A stretch of DNA of 64,000 nucleotides from an uncultured Gammaproteobacteria bacterium. GTDB lineage: Bacteria > Patescibacteriota > Patescibacteriia > UBA9934. The notes under the pieces were generated by a model. That model was not told the origin of the DNA and made no database searches. It worked only from the letters and a program-made list of their open reading frames with translations. The stretch is from contig CAYFMS010000001.1 in assembly GCA_964344415.1 (NCBI GenBank), positions 186,620 through 250,619 of the forward strand. Direction: 5' to 3'. Of the stretch, positions 38,628 to 49,364 are shown piece after piece. A program made the translations under genes and the position numbers. Position 1 is the first letter of the stretch, and every line of letters begins with the position of its first letter.

Positions 38628-41279
38628 TTGCCCTATATGAGTGACGCCCAAATGCCAAAGGCATATGATCCAAGTGAAGTAGAGGATGAAATATATGCAA
38701 AATGGATAGAAAGTGGTTTTTTCAATCCAGACAATCAAACGAATATTCGTGAAGGTGCAGAACCATTCAGTATGGTTTTACCTCCACCAAATGTGACGGG
38801 GACGCTTCATATGGGGCATGCGGTTATGCTCGCGATTCAAGATGCAATGACAAGGCATGCAAGAATGCAGGGTCGCAAGTCATTGTGGTTACCCGGAACG
38901 GATCATGCAGCGATTGCAACACAATCAAAAGTTGAAAAGATCTTGCAAGCAGAGGAAGGGAAGACGCGTCATGATTTAGGGCGAGATGCATTTTTGAAGC
39001 GTGTTGAGGAATTTGCACAGCAAAGTCATGACACGATTGTCGGACAGATGAAGAAAATGGGTGCGAGTGTAGATTGGTCGCGTGAAGCATATACACTTGA
39101 TGAGGATCGAAATACGGCAGTGAACGAAGCATTTAAGCGCATGTATGAAGATGGGCTTATTTATCGAGGAAATCGTATTGTGAATTGGGATCCTGTCGGA
39201 CAGACAACGGTGAGTGATGATGAAGTTGTTCATAAGGAAGTAACGGCGAAGCTGTATACATTCAAATATAGTGAAGATTGCCCAATATCAATTGCGACAA
39301 CGCGTCCCGAAACGAAAGTTGGAGACACGGCTATCGCTGTACATCCAGAAGGGAAGTGGAAAGAATATATTGGCCAAACTTTTTCCGTTTCATTTGCTGG
39401 GGTTCAATTGGATTTGCAAGTTATTGCAGACGAAAATGTGGATGATGATTTTGGAACGGGCGCGCTTGGTGTGACGCCGGCACATTCACAAATCGACTAT
39501 GAAATGGCACAGAAAAATAGCATTAATACCATTCAGGTTATTGATGAAGATGCGAAGATGACGGCAGAGGCTGGAGATCTGGTAGCGGGCAAAACGACAA
39601 TGGAAGCTCGAGAAACGGTTATTGCATGGCTCAAGGAAGAGGGGCTTCTTGAATCTGAAGAAGAGATTACGCAGAATCTTTCAACAGCGGAACGTACCGG
39701 CGGCGTGATAGAACCACTACCAAAGGAACAGTGGTTTATTGATGTAAATAAAGAATTTGCATTCACGAATTCTGATAGGGCGCCTATTGAGGGCATTAAG
39801 ACAGGCGATAAAGTGACGCTTAAAAAGCTCATGCAGCATGTTGTTGAAACGGGGCAAATTCAAATTTTGCCAGATCGGTTTAAGAAAACATATTTTCACT
39901 GGATTGATAATTTGCGCGATTGGAATATTTCGCGCCAGATTTGGTTTGGGCATCGCGTGCCGGTTTGGTATAGCGGTGATGAAATTTCGGTAGGTTCAGC
40001 TCCGGATGCGTCGTGGATACAGGATGAAGATACGCTCGATACATGGTTTAGTTCTGGACTTTGGACATTCTCAACGCTCGGCTGGGCAAAGAATGACGCC
40101 ACTGACTTCGATGAATTCCACCCGACATCTGTTTTGGAAACGGGCTATGATATTCTCTTTTTCTGGGTGGCACGCATGATTCTTATGTCGACGTATTTGG
40201 TGGGGGAGATTCCATTCAAAACGGTATATCTGCATGGCTTGATTCGTGATGAACAAGGCCGCAAGATGAGTAAATCGCTTGGAAATATCATCAACCCGGT
40301 TGAAATGATTGAAAAATACGGGGCGGATGCGACGCGGCTATCGCTCATGATTGGTGCAACACCCGGAAATGACATGAAGCTGTCCGAGGAGAAGATTGCC
40401 GGATTCCGAAACTTCACAAATAAGCTTTGGAATATTTCTCGTTATGTTATTCAGACGGTTCAAGATGTTCAAATTGTTCAAAATGTACAACCGGAAACGC
40501 TTGCGGATCGCTGGATTCTTGGACGACTATCCGAAGTAACAAAAGAGGTAAGTGATCATATTGAACAATTTGAGTATTCACTTGCGGGTGAGAAGCTTCG
40601 TGATTTCACATGGAATGATTTTGCGGATTGGTATATCGAAATTGCGAAAATGCAGGACAATGAAAATACGCATGAAATACTTCTTTATGTTTTGGAACGC
40701 GTATTGAAATTATGGCATCCATTTATGCCATTCGTGACAGAATCGATTTATAAGCATTTCGAAAATGGCATGATTATGATTGCAGATTGGCCTGAAGCCG
40801 AGCATGATTTGGCTGATATCGACAAAAATCAATTCGAATTATTGCAATCAATCATTTCAGGCATTCGCAATATCCGCGCGCGTTACAATATCGTTCCATC
40901 ACAAATGCTTAAAGCGCATCTAATGCATTGTCATGAAATTGAATCTTCATCCGATGTGATCACAAAACTTGCTCGACTTGACTCTTTGGAATTCACAGAG
41001 CAATTACCTGATTCTCATGGTATGGTTCATATAGTGCTTGGAAAGCAACAGGTTGGCGTGGAGCTGGAGGGCGTAGTTGACTTTGATGAAGAGAAAAAGC
41101 GGTTGAAATCGAAAATCGAAGAACTTGAAGCATATAAATCAGGACTAGAAGGGCGCTTGAATAATAAAGAGTATATACAGAATGCCCCTGAGCAGATTGT
41201 AGCGGAGACGAAAAATCGTCTCGAAGAGACAAATGATACATTGGAACGTTTAGAAAAAGAATTACAAACACTTGAATAA
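38628..41279 (+). CDS. valS: valyl-tRNA synthetase
   Basis: PPPNVTGTLHMGHA (HIGH) and KMSKSLGN (KMSKS); C-terminal coiled coil. Confidence 0.95.
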   Translation: MPYMSDAQMPKAYDPSEVEDEIYAKWIESGFFNPDNQTNIREGAEPFSMVLPPPNVTGTLHMGHAVMLAIQDAMTRHARMQGRKSLWLPGTDHAAIATQSKVEKILQAEEGKTRHDLGRDAFLKRVEEFAQQSHDTIVGQMKKMGASVDWSREAYTLDEDRNTAVNEAFKRMYEDGLIYRGNRIVNWDPVGQTTVSDDEVVHKEVTAKLYTFKYSEDCPISIATTRPETKVGDTAIAVHPEGKWKEYIGQTFSVSFAGVQLDLQVIADENVDDDFGTGALGVTPAHSQIDYEMAQKNSINTIQVIDEDAKMTAEAGDLVAGKTTMEARETVIAWLKEEGLLESEEEITQNLSTAERTGGVIEPLPKEQWFIDVNKEFAFTNSDRAPIEGIKTGDKVTLKKLMQHVVETGQIQILPDRFKKTYFHWIDNLRDWNISRQIWFGHRVPVWYSGDEISVGSAPDASWIQDEDTLDTWFSSGLWTFSTLGWAKNDATDFDEFHPTSVLETGYDILFFWVARMILMSTYLVGEIPFKTVYLHGLIRDEQGRKMSKSLGNIINPVEMIEKYGADATRLSLMIGATPGNDMKLSEEKIAGFRNFTNKLWNISRYVIQTVQDVQIVQNVQPETLADRWILGRLSEVTKEVSDHIEQFEYSLAGEKLRDFTWNDFADWYIEIAKMQDNENTHEILLYVLERVLKLWHPFMPFVTESIYKHFENGMIMIADWPEAEHDLADIDKNQFELLQSIISGIRNIRARYNIVPSQMLKAHLMHCHEIESSSDVITKLARLDSLEFTEQLPDSHGMVHIVLGKQQVGVELEGVVDFDEEKKRLKSKIEELEAYKSGLEGRLNNKEYIQNAPEQIVAETKNRLEETNDTLERLEKELQTLE

Positions 41280-42480
41280 TATGGTTCATACGAACCCTGA
41301 AAAAATTGAACAAGTCCTTTCGCGTGGTGTGTCCGCTGTTTACCCGTCGCATGAGGCGCTCGAGAAAAAGCTTCAAAGCGGAGACAGAATGCGAATTTAT
41401 GTAGGCGTAGACCCAACAGCGCCTCATCTTCACATCGGACACGCACTCCAGTTGAAGAAATTACAGCAATTTCTCGACCTCGGACATGAAGTAATTCTTC
41501 TTATTGGTTCATTCACCGCGATGATTGGTGACCCAACCGATAAAATGGCTGCTCGTAAGCAATTAACGAAGAAAGAAGTGCTTCAAAATGCGAAAACATA
41601 TAAGCAGCAAGCTTCGAAAGTACTCAAAATTGGCGGATTGAATGGGGCGAAGGTAAAATTTAATGATGCTTGGCTTGCGAAAATGTCTTTTGCAGATATT
41701 GTAGATCTCGCGAGTCATTATACGGTTCAGCAAATGTCCGAACGGGATATGTTTGCTCGCCGCATTGAAGAGGGAAAGCCTGTATATTTACATGAATTTA
41801 TGTACCCACTTATGCAGGGTTATGATTCCGTCGCGATGGATGTGGATCTTGAAATCGGAGGCACGGATCAGACATTTAATATGCTCGCGGGACGTACGCT
41901 CATGAAGGCAATGGGTAAAAAGGAGAAATTTGTTCTTACGCTTGATTTGCTTACAAATGATGAGGGGAAGAAAATGAGTAAATCAGAAGGGGGATTTATT
42001 GCGCTCAGCGATACTCCGGAAGATATGTATGGAAAAGTCATGGCTATGGATGACGGCATGATCATTCCTTACTTTACGCTTGTCACAGACCTGTCACTTG
42101 AGGAAATTGATGGGAAAAAGCAGCAAATGGAAAAGGGGGCAAATCCTCGAGACATAAAAGCCGAACTTGCTCGCATGGTCGTTACAATGTATCACGATGA
42201 TGCCGCAGCGAAAAAAGCAGAAGAGTATTTCAATACGGTTTTCAGAAGCGGTGATTTACCAAAAGAAATGGATGAATTTATTGTTACAGATTCCACGAAT
42301 ATCGTTGATGTGCTCGTGGCATCAGGGCTTACTTCTTCAAAATCAGATGCTCGGCGCATGATTGAACAGTCGGCTATTCGTTTGAATGGCGACACGGTAC
42401 CGAGTCAAGATGTAATGATTGATCCAGGTAGTGACATGGTATTGCAGCGAGGGAAGAGACATTTTGTGCGTCTAAAATAA
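41272..42480 (+). CDS. tyrS: tyrosyl-tRNA synthetase
   Basis: YVGVDPTAPHLHIGHAL, KMSKSEGG, C-terminal S4 domain; 8-bp overlap with valS. Confidence 0.9.
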   Translation: MNNMVHTNPEKIEQVLSRGVSAVYPSHEALEKKLQSGDRMRIYVGVDPTAPHLHIGHALQLKKLQQFLDLGHEVILLIGSFTAMIGDPTDKMAARKQLTKKEVLQNAKTYKQQASKVLKIGGLNGAKVKFNDAWLAKMSFADIVDLASHYTVQQMSERDMFARRIEEGKPVYLHEFMYPLMQGYDSVAMDVDLEIGGTDQTFNMLAGRTLMKAMGKKEKFVLTLDLLTNDEGKKMSKSEGGFIALSDTPEDMYGKVMAMDDGMIIPYFTLVTDLSLEEIDGKKQQMEKGANPRDIKAELARMVVTMYHDDAAAKKAEEYFNTVFRSGDLPKEMDEFIVTDSTNIVDVLVASGLTSSKSDARRMIEQSAIRLNGDTVPSQDVMIDPGSDMVLQRGKRHFVRLK

Positions 42481-42481
42481 T

Positions 42482-44188
42482 ATGTACAGCAAACAACGAG
42501 CGAAGCATGAGGTGCTCGCCGCACTCAAAAAAGCGATCGGCAAGGGTTTTGTGATCCACATCGAAGACCTTGAAACCCCGCCAAATACAGACATGGGGGA
42601 TATTGCATATCCTTGTTTTGAGCTTGCGAAGGCGCAGGGAAGAAATCCGGTTGAGATCGCAACAGAAATTGCTGCCAAAATTGGCGCATCTGATTTTATC
42701 GATTCTGCTTCACAGGCCGGACCTTATGTGAATTTCTATTTCAAGCATGACAGCTTCGCCGATTCAGTTCTTGGTGAAATTTCGGAAAAGAAATCTTCAT
42801 ACGGTCAATCTGAATTCGGAAAAGGGAGAAGTGTGCTCCTTGAATATGCTCAGCCTAATACGCATAAAGAATTTCATGTTGGCCATGTTCGAAATGCGGT
42901 ACTTGGTCAGTCAATTGTGAATCTTCTGCGCGCTGCAGGGTACAAGGTTATCGGTGCTTCATATATTGGAGATATTGGCGCGCATGTTGCGAAGTCACTT
43001 TGGGGTTATTCTCGATTTCAGGGGGAGAAAGCGGTGGCAAAAGAGGATCGTGTGCGAAAGCTTGGTGAAATCTATTCTCGGGCGACGCATCATCTTGAGA
43101 AGCATCCTGATGATAAGGAATTTGTTGATCGAATTCAGGGGCTGCTTGAATCGGATGATCCTGAATGGAAGAAATTATGGAAGGAGACGCGTGCTTGGAG
43201 TTTGGATGAATTCAAGGCAATTTTTGACGAGCTGAATGTGAAGCCCGATGTCTGGTATTACGAAAGTGATGTTGAACAGCCAGGGAAGGAAATGGTTCAT
43301 CGATTATTGACGGAAGGGGCTGCAAAGAAAAGTGAAGGGGCGACGATTATCGACCTTGAAGAAGAGGGGCTGGGTGCATTCCTTGTTATGAAATCGGATG
43401 GTTCGAGTTTATATGCGACAAAAGATTTGGCGCTTGCTCTGAAGAAAGAAAAGGATTATGAGCCAGATCGGCAGGTTTTTGTTGTTGATACGAGGCAGTC
43501 ATTTTATTTCAAACAGCTTTTTGCGGCACTACGGAAAATTGGATTTACGAAAACGCTTTTGCATGTTGATTATGACATGGTGACGCTTCCGGATGGTGCC
43601 ATGTCGTCGCGAAAGGGGAATATTGTCACCTATCGAGATCTGAAAAAACAGCTTGTCGACGCGCTCATTGATGAAACGAAAGAGCGTCACGAAGATTGGG
43701 ATGAAAAGCAAATTATGGAGGTGGCGAGCGGTATAGCTCATGCTGGACTTCTCTTTTTCATGCTTCGCCAAGATCCGAAAAGTGTCATTACATTCGATAT
43801 TGAGAAGGCTTTGTCATTTGAGGGATTCACGGGTCCGTATTTGCTGTATGCGGCAGCGCGAATTGAAAGCGTAAAGAAGAAAACAAAACTCAAGCCCGCT
43901 ATTCATGCTGGTTCAATTGATCATTCTATTGAGCAGCGCTTGATTCGAATTTTGGCAGATTATCCTGAAGTTGTTGAGGAAGCAGCGCGTGAATTTAAAC
44001 CTTCAGTTATTGCGCAATATGCATTTGATTTAGCGAAACAATTTGCTGAGTATTATCATGAACTTCATATTATTGATGAGGATGAGAAGGAATTGACCGA
44101 GGCGCGTCTTGCCCTTGCTGAATCTGTGAGGCAGGTGCTTGAGAATGCCTTAGGTATTCTTGGAATACCAACATTGAAAGAGATGTAG
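42482..44188 (+). CDS. argS: arginyl-tRNA synthetase
   Basis: EYAQPNTHKEFHVGHVRNAVLG class-I motif and the anticodon-binding C-terminus. Confidence 0.9.
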   Translation: MYSKQRAKHEVLAALKKAIGKGFVIHIEDLETPPNTDMGDIAYPCFELAKAQGRNPVEIATEIAAKIGASDFIDSASQAGPYVNFYFKHDSFADSVLGEISEKKSSYGQSEFGKGRSVLLEYAQPNTHKEFHVGHVRNAVLGQSIVNLLRAAGYKVIGASYIGDIGAHVAKSLWGYSRFQGEKAVAKEDRVRKLGEIYSRATHHLEKHPDDKEFVDRIQGLLESDDPEWKKLWKETRAWSLDEFKAIFDELNVKPDVWYYESDVEQPGKEMVHRLLTEGAAKKSEGATIIDLEEEGLGAFLVMKSDGSSLYATKDLALALKKEKDYEPDRQVFVVDTRQSFYFKQLFAALRKIGFTKTLLHVDYDMVTLPDGAMSSRKGNIVTYRDLKKQLVDALIDETKERHEDWDEKQIMEVASGIAHAGLLFFMLRQDPKSVITFDIEKALSFEGFTGPYLLYAAARIESVKKKTKLKPAIHAGSIDHSIEQRLIRILADYPEVVEEAAREFKPSVIAQYAFDLAKQFAEYYHELHIIDEDEKELTEARLALAESVRQVLENALGILGIPTLKEM

Positions 44189-44189
44189 G

Positions 44190-44400
44190 GGGTGTCGCTT
44201 GTGAATGAGCGCTCTTCCGGCTCAGATCTGCGCTACTCGACGCCGCACCTTTCAGTGCGTCTTACTGCGTGTGCTCGATCTTCACCGAAATAGCCTCTCA
44301 TTCACTGCGCGACCACGATCGAAATCCTGAGCCTGTCGAAGGATCTTTCTGTACCTACAAGCTAAACCCTACACCCTACAACCTATCTGCGCTATACTAT
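44190..44400 (+). repeat. dispersed intergenic repeat, diverged copy (Z)
   Basis: Shares TGTCGCTTGTGA, CGCACCTTTCAGTGCGTCTTACTGCG (hairpin module) and CGCGACCACGATCGAAATCCTGAGCCTGTCGAAGGATC (tail module) with the 62.6-62.9 kb copy. Confidence 0.5.
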
Positions 44401-44404
44401 TTCC

Positions 44405-45448
44405 ATGACAAAAGCGAAGCAGCGAATACAATTATCAAAATGGTTTTTTCTTGGCGTTTCTGTTGCCGTCCTCATCGTATTTTGGCAAATGATTCAGCCA
44501 TATATTCTTACGCTTATCACGGCAGCTATTTTTACTATTCTCTTTGCCCCGATCGACAATAGGCTTCGCAAACTATTCAAAAACAAAAAAGTGTCAGCTT
44601 TTTTGGTCACGGTCATTGTTTTTGCATTGATTTTTGTTCCAGTGACGCTTTTTGGTGTTCTTATTGTTCAGGAAGCAGCTGATTTAGCGCAGGTAACAAT
44701 AGAGGGAGACTATCAATTTAATCCAGCTGAAATCATTGATCTTGATATTGTACAAACATTGCCGCAATTTGCTCAGGACTATATTGCAACGGTTGACGTG
44801 ACGGAAATGACGGCCAATGCTGTTTCATGGCTACAGTCGAATATCGGTCGTTTAATTGCAAATGGCGCCAGCTTTGCATTCCAAGTCTTCCTCTTCTTCG
44901 TATTTTTATACTACTTCACAAGCTCTCGCGATCGAATCTATAAAGAGATTCTTGATTTAAGTCCATTCACCGATAAACTCGATAAGGACATTGTAAAACG
45001 CATCAATCAAACAGTACGAGGTGTTGTATTCGGAGCCATTATCATTGCTTCGATTCAGGCTATTCTTGCAAGCATGGGTATGCTTATTTTCGGTGTGCCG
45101 AAAGCATTCCTTTGGGGGTCATTCGTTCTCATTGCAGCGCAAGTTCCAATGGTCGGCGTTGGTCTTGTAATGGTGCCGGCTATTGCATATCTCGCCATAA
45201 CGGGGCATGTTGCTGCCGCGATTGGACTTGCAATATGGTCCGTGACGGCTGTTGGCCTTGTCGATAATTTACTTTCTCCGGTTCTTGTTGGAAAGCGCAC
45301 AAAAATGCCAGAACTGCTCGTTCTTCTTTCCATTCTTGGTGGATTGCAATTATTTGGCCCAATTGGATTCATTGTCGGGCCGGTTATTTTGGCCGGCGTA
45401 CTCGTGCTTCGCGATCTATACAAAGCGGGCATACTAGAAAAAGTTTAA
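44405..45448 (+). CDS. AI-2E family transporter (PerM/YhhT-like)
   Basis: 347 aa, 8 TM, typical AI-2E architecture. Confidence 0.8.
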   Translation: MTKAKQRIQLSKWFFLGVSVAVLIVFWQMIQPYILTLITAAIFTILFAPIDNRLRKLFKNKKVSAFLVTVIVFALIFVPVTLFGVLIVQEAADLAQVTIEGDYQFNPAEIIDLDIVQTLPQFAQDYIATVDVTEMTANAVSWLQSNIGRLIANGASFAFQVFLFFVFLYYFTSSRDRIYKEILDLSPFTDKLDKDIVKRINQTVRGVVFGAIIIASIQAILASMGMLIFGVPKAFLWGSFVLIAAQVPMVGVGLVMVPAIAYLAITGHVAAAIGLAIWSVTAVGLVDNLLSPVLVGKRTKMPELLVLLSILGGLQLFGPIGFIVGPVILAGVLVLRDLYKAGILEKV

Positions 45449-45449
45449 T

Positions 45450-46124
45450 ATGGTGCACATTGAAGATTCCTGGAAAGAGCAATTATCGGAGGAATTCTCA
45501 AAGTCATATTTTGCTGAGCTTACAGACTTTGTTCGCGGTGAATATCAGCAGAAACAGATCTTTCCACCGCCGAAACTTATTTTCAATGCTTTTGATTCCG
45601 TTGCATTTCAAGATGTAAAAGTCGTTATCTTGGGTCAAGATCCGTATCACGGTCCCGGACAAGCGCATGGGCTCTGTTTTTCCGTTCCTGATGGCATTCA
45701 AATGCCGCCATCGCTTCAAAATATATTCAAGGAAATACAAAATGACTTAGGTTTTGAAATACCGAAGTCCGGAAATTTACAGAATTGGGCTGATCAAGGA
45801 GTGCTTCTCTTGAATGCGACATTGACGGTTCAGGCACATAAAGCCGGATCGCATCAGAAAAAGGGATGGGAATTATTTACAAATGCCGCAATTAAAAAAT
45901 TAGCTGACGAAAGGGAGGGGATTGTTTTTATTCTTTGGGGTCGATATGCACGCGATAAAAAAGATCTTATTGATGCATCAAAGCATTTGATTTTAGAATC
46001 TGCGCATCCATCGCCATTATCGGCACATAAAGGATTCTTCGGATGTAAACATTTCAGTCAAACAAATGATTATTTGCTTTCAAAAATGAAATTACCAATT
46101 GTATGGGTAAAGGAGGAGGTGTGA
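45450..46124 (+). CDS. ung: uracil-DNA glycosylase (family 1)
   Basis: KVVILGQDPYHGPGQAHGLCFSV and HPSPLSA motifs. Confidence 0.9.
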   Translation: MVHIEDSWKEQLSEEFSKSYFAELTDFVRGEYQQKQIFPPPKLIFNAFDSVAFQDVKVVILGQDPYHGPGQAHGLCFSVPDGIQMPPSLQNIFKEIQNDLGFEIPKSGNLQNWADQGVLLLNATLTVQAHKAGSHQKKGWELFTNAAIKKLADEREGIVFILWGRYARDKKDLIDASKHLILESAHPSPLSAHKGFFGCKHFSQTNDYLLSKMKLPIVWVKEEV

Positions 46125-47449
46125 ACATTGCCGTTATCGGAGCGGGTATCGCGGGACTTACTTGCGCGTATGAGCTTCAAAAAATGGGTCATCATGTAGA
46201 GGTTTTTGAAAAAGAGTCATATGTCGGCGGCCGCATGTCGACAAGAACGAAACGGGGATTCCCTATGGATATCGGCGCGAATCATTTGGCGAATGTCTAT
46301 ACGCATATGCGGGGCTATGCAGAAGAATTTGGTATTCCATGGAAGCCGGTTGAGTTTTTGAACTACAATATTATTCACCGTGATCACGAGGATGATATCG
46401 ATATGAGTCATGCGGCACCTCTGCTAAAAGACCTATCTCTTCGAACAAAGCGGAAATTGGCATGGCGTTCTCTTTTAGATACGAGAAAACGAACGGATTT
46501 TTTCAATCTTTCAACGGCGGCTAAATTCGATACAGGGAATGCAAAAGAGTATGCGCTCAAAAAACTGACAAAAGAGGCTCATGATTATCTTGTTGATCCA
46601 TTTGTAAGCGTTTATCAATTTCACCGAGCAGATGAAATCAGCTTGGGAATTGTATATGCCATGATGCGCTCTCATTACAAAAATAAAAAAGAATGGGATT
46701 TGCATCATTTGGATGGGGGAATGATTGCCTTGCCGCAGGCGCTTGCAGATAGATTAACGGTGCATACATCTACACCTGTTGATTGGGTCAAGCGAGGCAA
46801 GAATAGTGCGAAGATTTCAGTGAATGGGGAAGAGTATGCGTTTGACGTCGTTATTATTGCAACAACTGCTGATATTGCGCATAGCATATACAAAAATCCG
46901 ACCAAGACAGAAGCAGAATTATTGAAAAAGACAGAGTATGCCGCGACCGTCGGGGTTGGTTTTGAAATTCCGGTTGATTTACTCGGCGATACGACAATTG
47001 TTTGGGTTCCATTTGTCGAAGGTGGGCGCATTTCTGGCTATACGAATGAAGCGATGAAGGGGAATCGCATGATAAAAAATAGAAAAACATTGCTTCTCAC
47101 TTGGTTCCATGAGGAGTTTGCAAAAACGATTATCGATAAAACAGATAAAGAGATTTTTGATATAGCGAAAACCGAGCTCATGAAAGTTTGTCCATATCTA
47201 TCATCAAAAAAACAGCTTAAGAATCATGATTTGCAGCGCTGGCCGGCGGCCATGCCGAAATTTAAACAGGGCCATTTAAAGCTCGCAAAAAAATACCAAG
47301 ATCAAATAGGGAAGACCTCGGTATTTCTTTGTGGAGACTATTTGAATGCACCATGGACGGAAGGCGCGCTTCGAAATGGTCAGGCAGTCGCTGCCTTGAT
47401 TGATCGCTCAACTAAATCCTCATCGCTTGCCGCTTCTTTTCCGGTATAA
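46103..47449 (+). CDS. FAD-dependent oxidoreductase, amine-oxidase/protoporphyrinogen-oxidase-like
   Basis: N-terminal NIAVIGAGIAGLTCAYEL dinucleotide fold. Confidence 0.7.
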   Translation: MGKGGGVNIAVIGAGIAGLTCAYELQKMGHHVEVFEKESYVGGRMSTRTKRGFPMDIGANHLANVYTHMRGYAEEFGIPWKPVEFLNYNIIHRDHEDDIDMSHAAPLLKDLSLRTKRKLAWRSLLDTRKRTDFFNLSTAAKFDTGNAKEYALKKLTKEAHDYLVDPFVSVYQFHRADEISLGIVYAMMRSHYKNKKEWDLHHLDGGMIALPQALADRLTVHTSTPVDWVKRGKNSAKISVNGEEYAFDVVIIATTADIAHSIYKNPTKTEAELLKKTEYAATVGVGFEIPVDLLGDTTIVWVPFVEGGRISGYTNEAMKGNRMIKNRKTLLLTWFHEEFAKTIIDKTDKEIFDIAKTELMKVCPYLSSKKQLKNHDLQRWPAAMPKFKQGHLKLAKKYQDQIGKTSVFLCGDYLNAPWTEGALRNGQAVAALIDRSTKSSSLAASFPV

Positions 47450-49044
47450 AACTCATCACCGGTTAAATCCATATATAATTGCATTCCTGTTGCGAGTGTT
47501 CCATGCATGCCGGCAGCTCCACTTGTTGCATTGCACCAGTGAAGATTCGCAAATCCCGTTTCGCGCTTGAGCTTTCCAAGCGACAAATGCGCTGGTGTTA
47601 AATTCGCGCCATATGCATTCCCTTGCGGTGCCATGGCATAGTCTTCAAATGTCGTTGGTGACCCGATTGTTTTCACGACAATGTGCTTGCGAATATCTGG
47701 AATATAATATTTTGCAACCAAATCAATTAATTTTTCCGCGTACTGCATTTTGAGTTTTGCATATTCTGCATAGCTGCGGTCCTGCGCATCCTTGAAGAGA
47801 TCATAATTAACAAAGCTCGCGACCTCCATAATTTCATAATTGTCCCCAGGTGTTGTTCCAGGGGCATTTGAATGTAGCGTTGGCGTCGACATGAAGAACC
47901 AAATATCACTGAAGCGATCGTCGAGATCCTTTTTATGCCAATTTTCATTCATGTCCCAGCTCTGTAAATGCCAAATATTGAACTTTCCAAAACCGAGCTT
48001 TTTCAAATCAATATCTTTCAATCCAAGATAAATCATAATCCCAGAAGGGGAGTATTCATATGATAATTTCTTCTGCATTTCGGGTGAGAACTTCTCCCAT
48101 CCGATCAGATTCTTCGCCGCTTTTTGAGGATCGGCATTACAAATATACTCATTCGCATTAAAGCTCTTTCCATCTTTTGTTGTGACCTCTGTTACGCGGC
48201 CAAATTCCGTTTTGATTTTCTCAACAGGGGTTTCATAATAAATATGACAACCGTCTTTGCTGACAATAAAATCCGCAAGCGACTGAATATAATGCTTATA
48301 ATGTTTTGTTGGATAGTAAGCGCCAGTGTTGTACCCGGACATGAGCCCAACGAATGCAAAAATCGATAATTCATCGGGCGGGGCACCAAAATCACCTGCA
48401 TTTCCACCGAAAACGGCCTGTACTTCTTTTGAAAGTTTGCATTCCTCAAAAACGTTCTGCAATGTTGCTTTGCGATACTTCAAGAGAGTCAAAAATTGAG
48501 GCCATTTGATTAATTTCTCCCACCATTTAATCGGACGAATTGGCAATTTCTTCATTTCGCTCCGAATCTTTTTCATCAATTGAACAAAATTGTTGATCGA
48601 TTCTTTTTGGTCGGGGTAATGACTTGCAATACTTTCAGCGAGGCGATCGAATCCATAAGGAAATTTCACGCGTTTACCATCTGGAAGCACAATATGGTCA
48701 TATCCATCGGGATCATAAAGCTCGAAAGAAATATCTTGTTCAATGCCGAGTTTATTCAGGAAAACATTGAATTTCTCACCAGGGCCGCAACCCCAAATAT
48801 AATGAACTTGCGCGCAGAAATGGAATTCTCCTTGGCGGAATGTGTGGGCGTAACCTCCGGGTGTATCGTGCGCTTCTAGCATGCAAACCTTTTTACCAGC
48901 ATTTGCGAGAAGAGCGGCGCAGGATAGGGCGCTATGCCCCGTCCCGATAAAAACGTAATCATATTCATGCCCCTCTTCGTATCGCTTATTTTGCGCTTGC
49001 TTTTGTTCATCCGTAAGCGCACCTGTCGATGATTTTATTGCCAT
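47380..49044 (-). CDS. FAD-dependent oxidoreductase, phytoene-desaturase (CrtI)-like family
   Basis: YDYVFIGTGHSALSCAALLANAGKKVCMLEAHDTPGG; converges on the previous gene with a 70-bp overlap. Confidence 0.7.
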   Translation of the reverse strand: MAIKSSTGALTDEQKQAQNKRYEEGHEYDYVFIGTGHSALSCAALLANAGKKVCMLEAHDTPGGYAHTFRQGEFHFCAQVHYIWGCGPGEKFNVFLNKLGIEQDISFELYDPDGYDHIVLPDGKRVKFPYGFDRLAESIASHYPDQKESINNFVQLMKKIRSEMKKLPIRPIKWWEKLIKWPQFLTLLKYRKATLQNVFEECKLSKEVQAVFGGNAGDFGAPPDELSIFAFVGLMSGYNTGAYYPTKHYKHYIQSLADFIVSKDGCHIYYETPVEKIKTEFGRVTEVTTKDGKSFNANEYICNADPQKAAKNLIGWEKFSPEMQKKLSYEYSPSGIMIYLGLKDIDLKKLGFGKFNIWHLQSWDMNENWHKKDLDDRFSDIWFFMSTPTLHSNAPGTTPGDNYEIMEVASFVNYDLFKDAQDRSYAEYAKLKMQYAEKLIDLVAKYYIPDIRKHIVVKTIGSPTTFEDYAMAPQGNAYGANLTPAHLSLGKLKRETGFANLHWCNATSGAAGMHGTLATGMQLYMDLTGDEFYTGKEAASDEDLVERSIKAATA

Positions 49045-49112
49045 ATAATGAGAAGTTTAGCATAAAAAAACCACCGTCGCCTACAGATGTAGATTACGAT
49101 GATTGAAGTGTG

Positions 49113-49355
49113 TCACATCATTTTGAATACAAGTTCGATGAATACTCTCTTGAGTTCTTCGTCACTCTTGTATCCATAGATCCGATTTAGCCGATCGTGT
49201 TCACCTTCGATCGTTGCTCTGAAATCAATCAGAACTTGATCGGAGCTGACTTGATTGGCTTCTTGGTCGGTCTTGGAAAGCTCTCGAAGCCTTGCCACGC
49301 AATACTCGGTGGCAAAGCGGACGAGAACATGGGTCTCTTCCTGCGTCCAGCTCAC
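49113..49355 (-). CDS. hypothetical protein (80 aa), first gene of the high-GC segment
   Basis: ORF in GC-rich DNA; weak. Confidence 0.35.
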   Translation of the reverse strand: MSWTQEETHVLVRFATEYCVARLRELSKTDQEANQVSSDQVLIDFRATIEGEHDRLNRIYGYKSDEELKRVFIELVFKMM

Positions 49356-49364
49356 GCCGCCTCC

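Noticed and set aside
44269-44562. 97-aa ORF (contains NPEPVEGS)
   Set aside because: It is the translation of the intergenic repeat tail module AATCCTGAGCCTGTCGAAGGATC; it has no RBS and overlaps the AI-2E transporter start
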